A stretch of 64,000 nucleotides of DNA. It comes from an uncultured bacterium (GTDB taxonomy: Bacteria > Acidobacteriota > Thermoanaerobaculia > Multivoradales > JAHZIX01). The stretch spans positions 416,001 through 480,000 of the forward strand of contig CBDUPA010000002.1 of the NCBI GenBank assembly GCA_965368975.1, given 5' to 3'. How positions within the stretch are numbered: position 1 is the stretch's first letter; each line of letters opens with the position of its first letter. The notes beneath the pieces were generated by a model. That model saw only the letters and a list, made by a program, of their open reading frames with translations, had not been told where the DNA came from and made no database searches. This document shows positions 48,401 to 59,888 of the stretch, piece after piece. The translations under genes and the position numbers were made by a program.

Positions 48401-49811
48401 TTCGCGGCAAGAAGCCTCGGCGCTTCTCGTGGGACTCGACGACCGGCAGCCACACGTGCGGCAGATCCTCGAGCTGCCGGGCAGCGAGCCCAAGGACCTG
48501 CGTGCTTGGCAGCTCGCGGCTGCCATGGTGATCGAGGGCGGGGTGCAGCCACGGCTGGATGACTTCGCTTTGCGGGACCGCTTCGGCACCCCGGCTCCGT
48601 GCAGCACCCACGAAGTCGACACCTTACCGCGCGGCACGGACGGTGGCGTCGACACGCCCACATTGCGCAGGCGGCTTCAGCAGCTGGTCACGGGTCGGAC
48701 GACAGTAGACCGGCACGTGGCACCGCGCAGCGACCTGGAAGCCCGACTGGCTGAGCTGTGGCAAGAGCTCTTGGGTGGTGCTTCACCTAGCGTGCGAGAC
48801 AATTTCTTCCGTCTGGGCGGCCACTCCCTGTTGGCGTCGCGACTGGTTCTGGAGATCGAACGCCGTCTCGACACGCAGCTCCCCGTCTCGGCGCTGTTCC
48901 AGGCACCAACCATTGAACGCTTGGCGCGGATCATCGAGGCCCAGGAGCGGGGAGCCGGAGGCAGGGCCTGGTCGCCGCTTGTGCCGCTACAGCCGGAAGG
49001 CGATAGGACGCCCTTCTTTTGCGTTGCACCGATCATGGGCACGGTGTTTCCCTACTTCGAGCTGGCGCAGTTACTTGGGCCCGGTGCCTTGGACCGTCGG
49101 CGGCCGTTCGTCGGCGTCCAGCCGCTGGGCCTTGCTACTGGCCAGACGGCGCTCGCCACGATCGAGGAGATCACGGAATACTTCCTGACCGAGATCCGGG
49201 CACTGCAGCCGACGGGCCCGTACTTTCTGGGCGGCTGGTCCTTCGGTAGCTTTGTGGTCTACGAGCTGACGCGCCGGCTACGCCAGCAGGGAGAGGAGAT
49301 CGCCCTGGCCGCGCTCATCGATACGCCAGCACCGCTACCGTCGCAACGACCGTCCTTCCTGCACGGTCTGCGCTTCCTCTTCGCCACTTTGCTGCGAAAC
49401 TTTTGGCCGTGGGTCAAGGATTACTTCGCCCTGCAACGCACTGGCGATTTCGGAGACGAGAAAGACAGCCGCGGTCTGTGGCAACGCTTGTTGGAGCGAG
49501 CAACGCTGGCCGAGGTGATCCCAGAGGAGTCGCGAGAGGTGATGTCGCACCAGCCACAGATCCGTGCCATGTTGCGCGCCATGCGCGCCAACAGCGAGGC
49601 GATGGGACGCTACCAACCGCGAGCCGCAGACGTGCGCGTGCTGCTGCTGCGCACCGAGCACAGCTGGAGTCGCAGCGAGGACGAGACGCTCGGCTGGAGC
49701 GAACTGGCCCTGGGCGGCGTCGAGGTGGAGCGGCTGCCGGGCAATCACATGACGCTGCTGCGGAAGCCGCACGTGGAGACGGTAGCGCGAGTGCTCGCGC
49801 GGTACCTGTAG
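42456..49811 (+). CDS. Terminal NRPS depsipeptide module: docking domain-C-degenerate A-A(keto acid)-KR-T-TE
   Basis: TubC-N-like LWVDGDQLRFRS..GALTDELK; C HHSVYDG; A TSGSTGIPK, NWLPLDHV, YGMAE, PKTTSGK; KR LTGGLGGIG...FSS...YGAAN; T GGHSLL; TE GWSFG and GNHM. GTGA overlap with the PKS stop. Confidence 0.93.
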   Translation: MNRAIETLWLALDSGLQLWVDGDQLRFRSATGALTDELKARLKAHKTELLDLIGPGRKLCLPALAQQRLWFLQQLDPHSPAYNLPAVSRLQGQLDAHALARALARIVERHESLRTVFVLLDGRVAQSVVTARTSVPVVDLSRLPPALVERLAQELASREVQSAFDLASGPLVHFRLFRLGPEDHALVINIHHSVYDGWSVGLLFGELVALYNFEVDGRGEPAVPPGVPPVPDLPLQYADYALWQREQLQGALLERLLDYWRERLPRVPSALDLPGQLTLRRNPVARNDDGSPRDAGFLGDEVLFSFPGDVRDRLETLARQRGTSLPVVLLAGFQTLLHAYTGAPAVTLGQPTANRTRREVEALIGFFANIVVLHTDLRGDPSFDELLTRAQITARGAGAHQELPFDRLVEELAPERDPARRNPLFQIFFAVQNAPRGEARLRGLTLQPLPFAARVTRFDLEVHLTPAPDSASGGSGSRSSSGILCHVIYSTALLERTAVERLPRHLLRILEQAVERPARHLGGFQLLTRAETRQLLDWTTTGAHGPATEQALLGAFNAHVAAGPEAAALVGDHGSILATRREVQDAATREAQEQGNNPLQALLDVGGLPALLEAANPHLRLLGPTGQPAPIGVWASIDVCLPRAGEMTPVPSRAFQGRWRSNGGIELRPAGSPVGSRPAGTVDAHRLWRQGALVDTRVIERRLLDLRFGETGLSGAAVRARRVFSNPARACDRGENDSELVAWVTASVSLAPERLDAVMRETFLARQVDPRWIPQAIVQVSLLPLTQDGQLDERALQRVEVPTPDILQRWRTRLRALPEVRDVEVVSIQVPRTLDRYHRDDLVPPGEGVSPAATDTTTRTAAREAAVLEIPPAETPPAEASSTVADGGPLELPAEAPRTLGEALLRTAREHAEHGIAYIGADGSEDRQSYPQLLVEAQAILGGLRRDGLVAGDYVVLQFEDIRLHLTTFWACILGGLVPVTVAVPPSYEVDEAGEYNAVALKLLNTWRLLGHAAVLTQVSLAGALARLGLEPPIHAIVVDPFLERKPATPRTADSHDVAFLQLTSGSTGIPKCIQETHHGIAHHIEGSRLVNGNSARDITLNWLPLDHVVPMLTYHIKDVYLGCRQVQLAGARVFADPLCWLDALERHGVTHSWAPNFGFKLVADALAQASPSRSAQVWDLSRLQLLMNAGEQVTLPVVDDFLRRTAPFDVRPEVMQPAYGMAELCTAMTYANGFRPETGAFRCRKAGLGEALVAADTGDPLGVDFIDVGPPIPGVRLRVVNADSRPLPEGVVGRLQVAGAIVTPGYLNNEAANREAFPRTYEDDGVWFHTGDLAFLRGGHLTITGREKEVIIVRGANFYCYEIEDIVSSVDGVAATFSAACALEDPVTGTEGLAIFFVPESPDPEASHCRLDTTVSRRVARLADAVQAAVTERLGISPSVVLPLAPEDFPKTTSGKIQRTRLKEALETGEFDELRRRLDLQVDALAGPLGTERTVPAWFHQRVWRRCPLSAKPRRNREIRVRMLVPRDASGSAESTRLAAVVREQLQQQEATVDGYQLPATAELAQALQPGDTLIYLGAWNATPRVETAEDLTRLQEVWVRDVLELVSSLQTVPPERRRGLHLLVPTASSHHVGPATGDPSVGTASDEAESARGSQAREPQGRNGWVYAGVSSVFKTWSQEQPWLQARHLDLPATASHLELARHLVAEVAAQHGAGAVSAATLEDVAWRDGTRYVTRLRPLRMKPPAAESSAVEIFSRRSRWLLTGGLGGIGRRLAAWLLRERGARLLLTGRRSAQDSDIVRELQALATLGDVTYVSCDVTDGAALETAVARAEKAWGATLSGAVHLAGSYHEALLSDESVEGFLRPWRSKVLGGWQLRQLLAARPESQLIAFSSVNGSLGGRGVAAYGAANAGLEGLCAMPCRDGPRVHTLAWSLWQDVGMSQGFAAGEAARARGFLPVSAPAGLLSLQAVLGRMGPQDASRQEASALLVGLDDRQPHVRQILELPGSEPKDLRAWQLAAAMVIEGGVQPRLDDFALRDRFGTPAPCSTHEVDTLPRGTDGGVDTPTLRRRLQQLVTGRTTVDRHVAPRSDLEARLAELWQELLGGASPSVRDNFFRLGGHSLLASRLVLEIERRLDTQLPVSALFQAPTIERLARIIEAQERGAGGRAWSPLVPLQPEGDRTPFFCVAPIMGTVFPYFELAQLLGPGALDRRRPFVGVQPLGLATGQTALATIEEITEYFLTEIRALQPTGPYFLGGWSFGSFVVYELTRRLRQQGEEIALAALIDTPAPLPSQRPSFLHGLRFLFATLLRNFWPWVKDYFALQRTGDFGDEKDSRGLWQRLLERATLAEVIPEESREVMSHQPQIRAMLRAMRANSEAMGRYQPRAADVRVLLLRTEHSWSRSEDETLGWSELALGGVEVERLPGNHMTLLRKPHVETVARVLARYL

Positions 49812-49905
49812 CCGGTACCCTCCGAGCAACCGGAATCGGAGGCGCCTGACGGCGCAGGGTGGCCCCATGTGGCCGCTCCTACCCGGTGTGCTCGTGACCG
49901 GCTAA

Positions 49906-49935
49906 CTCAGTTCGTCAGACCTCAGTTCGTCAGAC
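49906..49935. repeat. Perfect 15-nt tandem duplication (CTCAGTTCGTCAGAC x2) spanning the atpC stop codon
   Basis: 49906-49920 is identical to 49921-49935. Confidence 0.95.
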
Positions 49936-50311
49936 GCTGCTGCACGCGGGCGCGCTGCAGGGCCGCCTGACGACGCTCAAAGCTGTCTTCGTCCGTCACC
50001 AACATGGCATGCGCTTCGTCGAGGATGCGCTGCGCCGCTTCGGCGTCCAGCTCGTCCAGGCTACGTGCGTTCTCGGTCAGCAGGGTCAACGTGTTGCCCA
50101 CTACCTGGGCGAAGCCGCTGTCGACGTACACAAGGCGCTCGCCTTCGGGGGTCGTCACTTGCAGCACTCCGATTCCCAGCCGGCACAGCAAAGGTGCGTG
50201 GTTGGGCAGGATGCCGACCTGACCGTCGAACGCAGGTACCACCGCGGAGGTGGCTTCACACTCCAGGAAGGAGCCTTCCGGCGTCACAACGCTGCACTGA
50301 AAGGTGGCCAT
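49922..50311 (-). CDS. atpC: ATP synthase F1 epsilon
   Basis: VVTPEG, GQVGILPNHAPL, SGFAQV. Confidence 0.97.
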   Translation of the reverse strand: MATFQCSVVTPEGSFLECEATSAVVPAFDGQVGILPNHAPLLCRLGIGVLQVTTPEGERLVYVDSGFAQVVGNTLTLLTENARSLDELDAEAAQRILDEAHAMLVTDEDSFERRQAALQRARVQQRLTN

Positions 50312-50321
50312 GAGTTCCGCC

Positions 50322-52696
<2,375 letters not shown>

Positions 52697-52730
52697 GGGT
52701 CCTCCCTAGGATATCGGGTGGGCTTGCGGG

Positions 52731-54458
52731 TCAGGCCTGGTAGTCTTCGACGAAGCGAGCCTTGAAGGTCTCGATCGCGGCGATGAGGGTACTGGTCATT
52801 TCGTCGCTGAAACTGCCCCTGGCGTCCAGCTCGCTGACCAGGTCGGCGTGCTCGTCGCGCACGTACTCGATCATCTTGCGCTCGAACTCCAGCACCTGTG
52901 GCAGCGGCAGATCGTCCATGTAGCCCTTGGTACCGGCGAAGATGCTGATGATCTGACCGTTGACGTCGTACGGCGAGTACTGCGGCTGCTTGAGCAACTC
53001 GGCCATGCGCTGACCACGGTCCAGCTGACGCTGGGTGGCGGGGTCGAGTTCGGTTCCAAGCTGGGCAAAGGCTTCCAGTTCACGGAACGCCGCCATGTCG
53101 AGACGCAGTGAGCCGGCAATCTTCTTCATCGCCTTGCGCTGGGCGTTACCGCCCACGCGGCTGACACTGGTGCCAACGTTGACCGCCGGCCGGGTGCCAG
53201 CCAGGAAGAGGTCGGGCTCGAGGTAGATCTGGCCATCGGTGATCGAGATCACGTTGGTCGGGATATAGGCCGAGACCTCACCTTCCAGCGTCTCGATGAT
53301 CGGCAGCGCGGTCATCGAACCGCCGCTGTCCGGGAAATGATGAACCTTGAACTTGTCCTTGTCCGACAGTGTCTCCAGCCAAGCCTCGGCACGCTCGACG
53401 CCCTCGGGGCGATGGTAGAGGCCGTCGCTATCGTCCGGGCGATGCTCTTCCGGTGCGTTCAAACCGTCTGGATGCTTGCGTGCCAGGGAACGATCCTTGG
53501 AGTCTTCAGGAGTGTCCGCGGGCACAACGGCATACTCGTCGCGCAGCTTGACGGCGCGCTCGAGCAGGCGGGAGTGCAGGTAGAAGACGTCACCGGGGTA
53601 GGCTTCACGCCCTGGCGGACGGCGCAGCAGCAGCGACAGCTGACGGTAGGAGTACGCCTGCTTGGTCAAGTCGTCGTAGACCACCAGGGTCGCCTTGCCG
53701 TGGACGTACATGAAGTACTCGGCAATGGCGGCACCGGCATAGGGAGCGATGTACTGCAGCGGCGCGGCGTCGGAAGCACCCGCGGAGACGATGACGGTGT
53801 AATCCATCGCGCCGACTTCGCGCAGCTTCTCGATCACACCGGCGACCGTCGACTCCTTCTGGCCGATGGCGACGTAGACGCAGATGACGTCTTGGCCCTT
53901 CTGGTTGATGATCGTGTCCAGGGCGATCGCGGTCTTGCCGGTCTTGCGGTCGCCAATGATCAGCTCGCGCTGGCCGCGACCGATCGGGATCATGGCGTCG
54001 ATCGCCTTGATACCGGTCTGCAGCGGCTCGGTCACCGGCTGGCGGCCGGCGATGCCTGGAGCCTTGACCTCCAGTGGTCGGCGCAGTTCACCGTCGACCT
54101 CCGCGCCACCGTCGAGCGGACGGCACAGCGGGTCGACGACACGACCGACCAGGTTGTCGCTGACCGGCACGCTGAGTAGCTCACCGGTGCGCTTGACCTC
54201 GTCGCCTTCCTTGATACCCAGGTAGTCACCGAGCACCACGACGCCGACAGAGCTTTCTTCCAGGTTGAGCACCTGGCCCATGGCGCCATTGGCGAAGACC
54301 ACGCGCTCACTGGCCATGGCGTTCGCGAGACCGTAGACACGGGCAATGCCATCGCCGATCTCCAGCACACGGCCGACTTCGGCGAGGTCGACATCGCTAC
54401 GATATTGTTGAATCTCTTCGGCGATGACCGAGGAGATTTCGTCGACTTTGAACTTCAT
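52731..54458 (-). CDS. atpA: ATP synthase F1 alpha with a large internal loop insertion
   Basis: [42 protein letters not shown]. 73 aa lie between AVKL and GGSMTALP. Confidence 0.99.
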   Translation of the reverse strand: MKFKVDEISSVIAEEIQQYRSDVDLAEVGRVLEIGDGIARVYGLANAMASERVVFANGAMGQVLNLEESSVGVVVLGDYLGIKEGDEVKRTGELLSVPVSDNLVGRVVDPLCRPLDGGAEVDGELRRPLEVKAPGIAGRQPVTEPLQTGIKAIDAMIPIGRGQRELIIGDRKTGKTAIALDTIINQKGQDVICVYVAIGQKESTVAGVIEKLREVGAMDYTVIVSAGASDAAPLQYIAPYAGAAIAEYFMYVHGKATLVVYDDLTKQAYSYRQLSLLLRRPPGREAYPGDVFYLHSRLLERAVKLRDEYAVVPADTPEDSKDRSLARKHPDGLNAPEEHRPDDSDGLYHRPEGVERAEAWLETLSDKDKFKVHHFPDSGGSMTALPIIETLEGEVSAYIPTNVISITDGQIYLEPDLFLAGTRPAVNVGTSVSRVGGNAQRKAMKKIAGSLRLDMAAFRELEAFAQLGTELDPATQRQLDRGQRMAELLKQPQYSPYDVNGQIISIFAGTKGYMDDLPLPQVLEFERKMIEYVRDEHADLVSELDARGSFSDEMTSTLIAAIETFKARFVEDYQA

Positions 54459-54482
54459 GGCAGCTTAGTCCCCATCTTGTCT

Positions 54483-55076
54483 CTAGGCCGCGATGTGGTC
54501 GCGGCTCTGAATCTCTTGGGCAGCACGGCGGAGCAGGCTCTGCCCCATGTGCTCCAGCCTCGTCTTGACACTGGCGTCGACCTTGCGGTCTCCGACCTGC
54601 AAAATCATGCCCCCGATCAGAGTGCCGTCCACGCGTTCGTGCAGCACGGGCTCGAGGTCTAGATTCTGCTGGATGCCGGCACTGATCTTGGTGCGCAGGT
54701 CGTCGGTGAGCGGCACGGCGGTGGTCACTTGTACATCGACTCGGCGGGAAGCCTCCAGAATGCCTCGCCGGTAAGCCTCCGCGACGGCCGGCAGGAAAGC
54801 CAGCCGGCCCTTGCGGTTGAGCACCTGTAGGGCGTCGACCAGCAGATCGCTAGTCTTGCCACGGAACATCGTCTCCAGGCTTTTGGCGCGCTCGGCGGAA
54901 TCGATCAACGGGCTCCCGATGAAGGCTCGGAACGGCTCGGAACGGCTCGCGAACTCGGCCAGCGCTTGCAGTTCTTCTAGCAATTCGTCCTGCTGTCCCT
55001 GCTCCGCCGCCACGTGATACATGGCGTCGCTGTACACCCGAGCCAGGGCGAGCATGCGGTCGTCGATCTTGGCCAT
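54483..55076 (-). CDS. atpH: ATP synthase F1 delta
   Basis: ARVYSDA, VTTAVPL, LIGG...VGDRKVDASV. Confidence 0.96.
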   Translation of the reverse strand: MAKIDDRMLALARVYSDAMYHVAAEQGQQDELLEELQALAEFASRSEPFRAFIGSPLIDSAERAKSLETMFRGKTSDLLVDALQVLNRKGRLAFLPAVAEAYRRGILEASRRVDVQVTTAVPLTDDLRTKISAGIQQNLDLEPVLHERVDGTLIGGMILQVGDRKVDASVKTRLEHMGQSLLRRAAQEIQSRDHIAA

Positions 55077-55148
55077 GTTGCCTCGCTTCAGTGTTCGTTC
55101 AAGCCTGCGGCCGCCCCGGGTTGTCCCGGCGGCCTTGGGCCTGAGAAG

Positions 55149-55766
55149 TCAGTTGGCCCGCAGGTGGGAGATGGCGTCGATGGACTCGGCCACCAGGCGC
55201 TCGTGATCTTCGGGCTTCAGTTCGCGCTCGAGAATGCGAGCCGCGGCGGATGTGGCCAGCTGGGTGGCCTGTGCATAGACGTCCTTGACGGCCTGCTCCT
55301 TGGCACGCTCGATCTCGCCCTGCACACGCTCGAGGGTTTCCTCCGCCTTACGGCGGGCCTCAGCCTCGATCTCCTGGCCGATTTCGACAGCTTTGCGGCG
55401 TGCTTTCTCCAGCGACTCGTCTGCGAGCTTGCGCGCCTCGGCCAGCTTGGCAGCGTACTCCTGCCGCTGCGCATCGGCTTCTTCGCGGTCCTTGCGGGCC
55501 TGCTCCAGGGAATCATGGATGAAGCGTTCGCGCTTCTGCAGCCCTTCGAGGATCGGACCCCAAACGAACTTGCCGAGCACGATCAGCAGAGCGATGAAAA
55601 TGACAGTGGTCCACAGCGCGTTGCCGATGTCACCGGCAAACGGGTTGTTGCCACCCTCGCCACCGCCGGCAGCCCAGGCGGGCAGAGACACGAACGCGAC
55701 CAGCAGAGCAGCTGCCGCAAGCAGTGCGGCGCTCACCCTGGGAGCGGTCTTGGTTTTGTTGATCAT
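55149..55766 (-). CDS. atpF: ATP synthase Fo b subunit (with signal-peptide-like extension)
   Basis: WTTVIFIALLIVLGKFVWGPI...RERFI followed by a long coiled coil. Confidence 0.95.
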   Translation of the reverse strand: MINKTKTAPRVSAALLAAAALLVAFVSLPAWAAGGGEGGNNPFAGDIGNALWTTVIFIALLIVLGKFVWGPILEGLQKRERFIHDSLEQARKDREEADAQRQEYAAKLAEARKLADESLEKARRKAVEIGQEIEAEARRKAEETLERVQGEIERAKEQAVKDVYAQATQLATSAAARILERELKPEDHERLVAESIDAISHLRAN

Positions 55767-55820
55767 CGTACGAAGATCCTCAGGCAGCTTTGCAGATAGA
55801 AGACAGGGGCGACGCTGGGC

Positions 55821-55842
55821 CGCGCCCGGGAGACCGGGCGCG
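55821..55842. other. Perfect 9-bp GC hairpin between atpE and atpF (likely mRNA-stabilising or attenuating element)
   Basis: CGCGCCCGG-GAGA-CCGGGCGCG; no long U-tract. Confidence 0.6.
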
Positions 55843-55914
55843 AACCAACCACGTCATGGGCCCACCACGAATGGCCAGCCACGGTTCAGATTGCCGCGTG
55901 TACCGGGCTCGGGG

Positions 55915-57230
<1,316 letters not shown>

Positions 57231-57325
57231 CTTCGGCTCCGTGGGTCTCGAGTGTTGGGAGTTTGCGCGAGGATCGCAGTGACCTGGCCCTCAACCATGA
57301 GAGCGGCCAGTTGCGAGAATCGCGA

Positions 57326-57736
57326 CTACTTGGAGGGCGACGACGGATCACCCTGGACCAGGATCAGTCGAGTGTCGACGATCAACAAGGCCATGTAGCT
57401 CAGTGCCAGCCAGAGAAGAAAGGGCTTCAGGGCCACCCAGCCCGAGAGCGCGATCAGGAGGCCCGCGAGGGCCACGATCACGAGACGGGCGCCCATCGCC
57501 GCCATGGCGGCGAAGACACCCTTCGGACCACCTAGATCGCGGCTGCGCAGGATGATCACAGCACCGACCAGCGCAGCAGCCAGGCTGACGGCGCACGCCA
57601 GCAGCAGAGCCGGCACGGCCGTGTCGCCCGCCAGCTTGCGCGTGATCGGGATGCCCACCAACACCAACAGCGTGGTGACGGCAACGGCGCTCAGTGCAAA
57701 GCGCAGCCAAGCCCACAATGGTGATCCAGATGGCAC
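57326..57736 (-). CDS. atpI: AtpI-like four-TM protein
   Basis: Four hydrophobic helices, directly upstream of atpB. Confidence 0.7.
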   Translation of the reverse strand: MPSGSPLWAWLRFALSAVAVTTLLVLVGIPITRKLAGDTAVPALLLACAVSLAAALVGAVIILRSRDLGGPKGVFAAMAAMGARLVIVALAGLLIALSGWVALKPFLLWLALSYMALLIVDTRLILVQGDPSSPSK

Positions 57737-57750
57737 GGGTGACGCGTGTG

Positions 57751-58065
57751 TCAGCGTTCGTCTCCGGATTGCTTCAAAGAGTTCGAGTCCGAGCCTTCAC
57801 GGCCCTTGCCGGCAACTGACGAACCCGAACCTGCGCGCAAGGCGCCGCGAATCAGGTTGTACATGGCACCGACGAGACCGAGAAGGGCGCCGCAAAGAAT
57901 GCCCCAAGGCCGACTGTCGTAGCGAAGATCCACCCAATACCCAACGAGAGCGAAACCCAGAACCGCGGCGGCGAAATCGAAGCCCAGACTGGCTGAAGTG
58001 AACGTCCCTCGAGAGCGTTCGCTGCGCCGGTGGCCTTCGCCGTCCTGCCCGTTACCGGTGGGCAT
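57751..58065 (-). CDS. AtpZ/AtpI (ATPase_gene1) two-TM protein
   Basis: LGFDFAAAVLGFALVGYWVD...PWGILCGALLGLVGAMYNLIR. Start uncertain; ATG 58065 chosen. Confidence 0.8.
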   Translation of the reverse strand: MPTGNGQDGEGHRRSERSRGTFTSASLGFDFAAAVLGFALVGYWVDLRYDSRPWGILCGALLGLVGAMYNLIRGALRAGSGSSVAGKGREGSDSNSLKQSGDER

Positions 58066-58199
58066 CGGCCGTTCCCTACCTCGTCGTGATGGTGAGATTT
58101 TCGCCGGGTCGGCACCGCACGGAAGCGTGATCACGTGTGGCGTTGATTCTGGCGGCGGTCAGACTTCTAGTGAGCGGCCCGTTGCCGGTCCGCAGGCGG

Positions 58200-58228
58200 A
58201 GTGTAGCAATGTCGACCTTCGGGTTCAA
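58200..58228 (-). promoter_or_regulatory. Sigma70-type promoter of the atp operon
   Basis: Minus strand TTGAAC, 17-nt spacer, TACACT with TGn extension. Confidence 0.65.
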
Positions 58229-58298
58229 CCCCCACTGCAACTTTCCGCCGCCGCGCTCCAGTGCAGCGACTCGCGGCGACGGAAGCGCCCGGGCGGAA

Positions 58299-59705
58299 TC
58301 AGGCGAAACTGTGCCCTTGAATGACCGCCCAGATGATCCACAAGATGGCCAACGGGCACAGCACGCGCACCAAGAAGCGCCAGAGGCCATAGAGCGGGAA
58401 GGGGCCATCGTTGCCCGCCTCCAGCTCGCCCTTGGTCAGGGAACGATCGAGCACCCACCCGGCGAAGACAGCAATCAGCAGCGCACCGATGGGCAGTAGC
58501 CAGTTGGTGCAGAAGTAGTCGATGCCGCCAAAGAAACCCATGCCTCCCCACAGACCGGTGAGACCTCCGTGGGCGCCTAGCGACAGAGCCGATGGCAGGC
58601 CGAGCAGGAAGACGAAGCCGCCGAGAACGAGCGACGCTTTGCGCCGGCTCCAGCCGCGACGGTCGATGAAGTAGGAGACCACGACCTCGAGCAACGAGAT
58701 GGTCGAGGTCAAAGCAGCGAAACCCACCAGTAGGTAGAAGACCGGGGCGATCACGACGCCGCCGGGCAGTTCATAGAACATGCGCGGCAGGGTGGTGAAG
58801 AGGATGGTCGAGCTCTGACTGAAGGTCGCGTCGCGGGTGTCTTCAGGCACGCTGAAGATGATTGAGAACATGACCACCGAGGCAGCCATGGCGATGCCGG
58901 TATCGAGAAGGCAGATGGTGGCGGACGAGCGCGGAATCGAGTCGTTGCGCGAGACGTACGAGCCGTAGGTGATCATGGCTCCCATGCCAAGGGACAGGCT
59001 GAAGAACGCCAGGCCGACGGCCTCGAGCACACCATTGGCGGTGATCGGGCCGACATGAAAGAGGAAGCCGATGGCGTCGCCGAAGCCGGGAGTGCGAATC
59101 GAGTTCAGCACCAGCAGCAGCAGAATGCCGCCGAGGACTGGCATCAAGAACTTGGTGGTGCGCTCGATGCCAGACTTGACGCCCATCGCCACCACGCCCA
59201 CGGTCGCAACCATGAAGACCAGGTGGAAGCCTAGTTGCATCGGCGCATTCCCGAGGAAGGAACCGAAGGAGCTGCCGAGATTCTCTGCGGTCTCGGCAGT
59301 GAAGCCCTGGACGGACCAGCTCACGCACTTGCCGAAGTAGAAGACGGTCCAGCCAGCGACGATCGAGTAGTAGGACAGAATCGCGCAGCCTGCAGCCACT
59401 CCCATCCAGCCGACAGCTCCCCACAACTTGCCGCCGACACGCCCTTTGGCCAGTTCGAGGAACGCTCCCACAGGGCTCTGCTGCGTACGCCTGCCGATCA
59501 AGATCTCGGCGACCATGATCGGCGCCCCGATCAACAGCACCGCGACCAGGTAGGTCAGAACAAAGGTGCCGCCATCATTGGCGTAGGTGACGTAAGGGAA
59601 CTTCCAGATGTTCCCAAGGCCGATCGCCGAGCCTGCGGCGGCCAGGATGAAGCCCAGACGGCCAAAGGTGCCGCGTGCGGACGCGGTGTCGGGTGCGGAT
59701 TCCAT
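58299..59705 (-). CDS. Sodium-dependent neurotransmitter:sodium symporter (NSS/LeuT family) transporter
   Basis: AAAGSAIGLGNIWKFPY, GLAFFSLSLGMGAMITYGSY, AALTSTISLLE. ATG 59705 follows GGAGGTGG. Confidence 0.95.
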   Translation of the reverse strand: MESAPDTASARGTFGRLGFILAAAGSAIGLGNIWKFPYVTYANDGGTFVLTYLVAVLLIGAPIMVAEILIGRRTQQSPVGAFLELAKGRVGGKLWGAVGWMGVAAGCAILSYYSIVAGWTVFYFGKCVSWSVQGFTAETAENLGSSFGSFLGNAPMQLGFHLVFMVATVGVVAMGVKSGIERTTKFLMPVLGGILLLLVLNSIRTPGFGDAIGFLFHVGPITANGVLEAVGLAFFSLSLGMGAMITYGSYVSRNDSIPRSSATICLLDTGIAMAASVVMFSIIFSVPEDTRDATFSQSSTILFTTLPRMFYELPGGVVIAPVFYLLVGFAALTSTISLLEVVVSYFIDRRGWSRRKASLVLGGFVFLLGLPSALSLGAHGGLTGLWGGMGFFGGIDYFCTNWLLPIGALLIAVFAGWVLDRSLTKGELEAGNDGPFPLYGLWRFLVRVLCPLAILWIIWAVIQGHSFA

Positions 59706-59888
59706 TTGTCCACCTCCAGAGGGGGTAAGAGCCATGCCCGCGCGGTGCTCACGGCCAGCCCAGACGGCCTCGGATGCTCACCACGCCCAGATTGAACCAA
59801 GCTAGCAGGACGAGAAGATATCACGAACAGACAGGGCACCCTGCGCTGCCCAGAGCCATGTTCAAGCGGCGCGGAACCGCCACGTGAA

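Noticed and set aside
49906-49935. Possible att site or target-site duplication for the biosynthetic block
   Set aside because: The copies are adjacent rather than flanking. I saw no matching copy at the other end, and no integrase or tRNA.
53325-53543. Possible intein in AtpA
   Set aside because: Too short, and it lacks the N-terminal Cys/Ser and C-terminal His-Asn followed by Cys/Ser/Thr.
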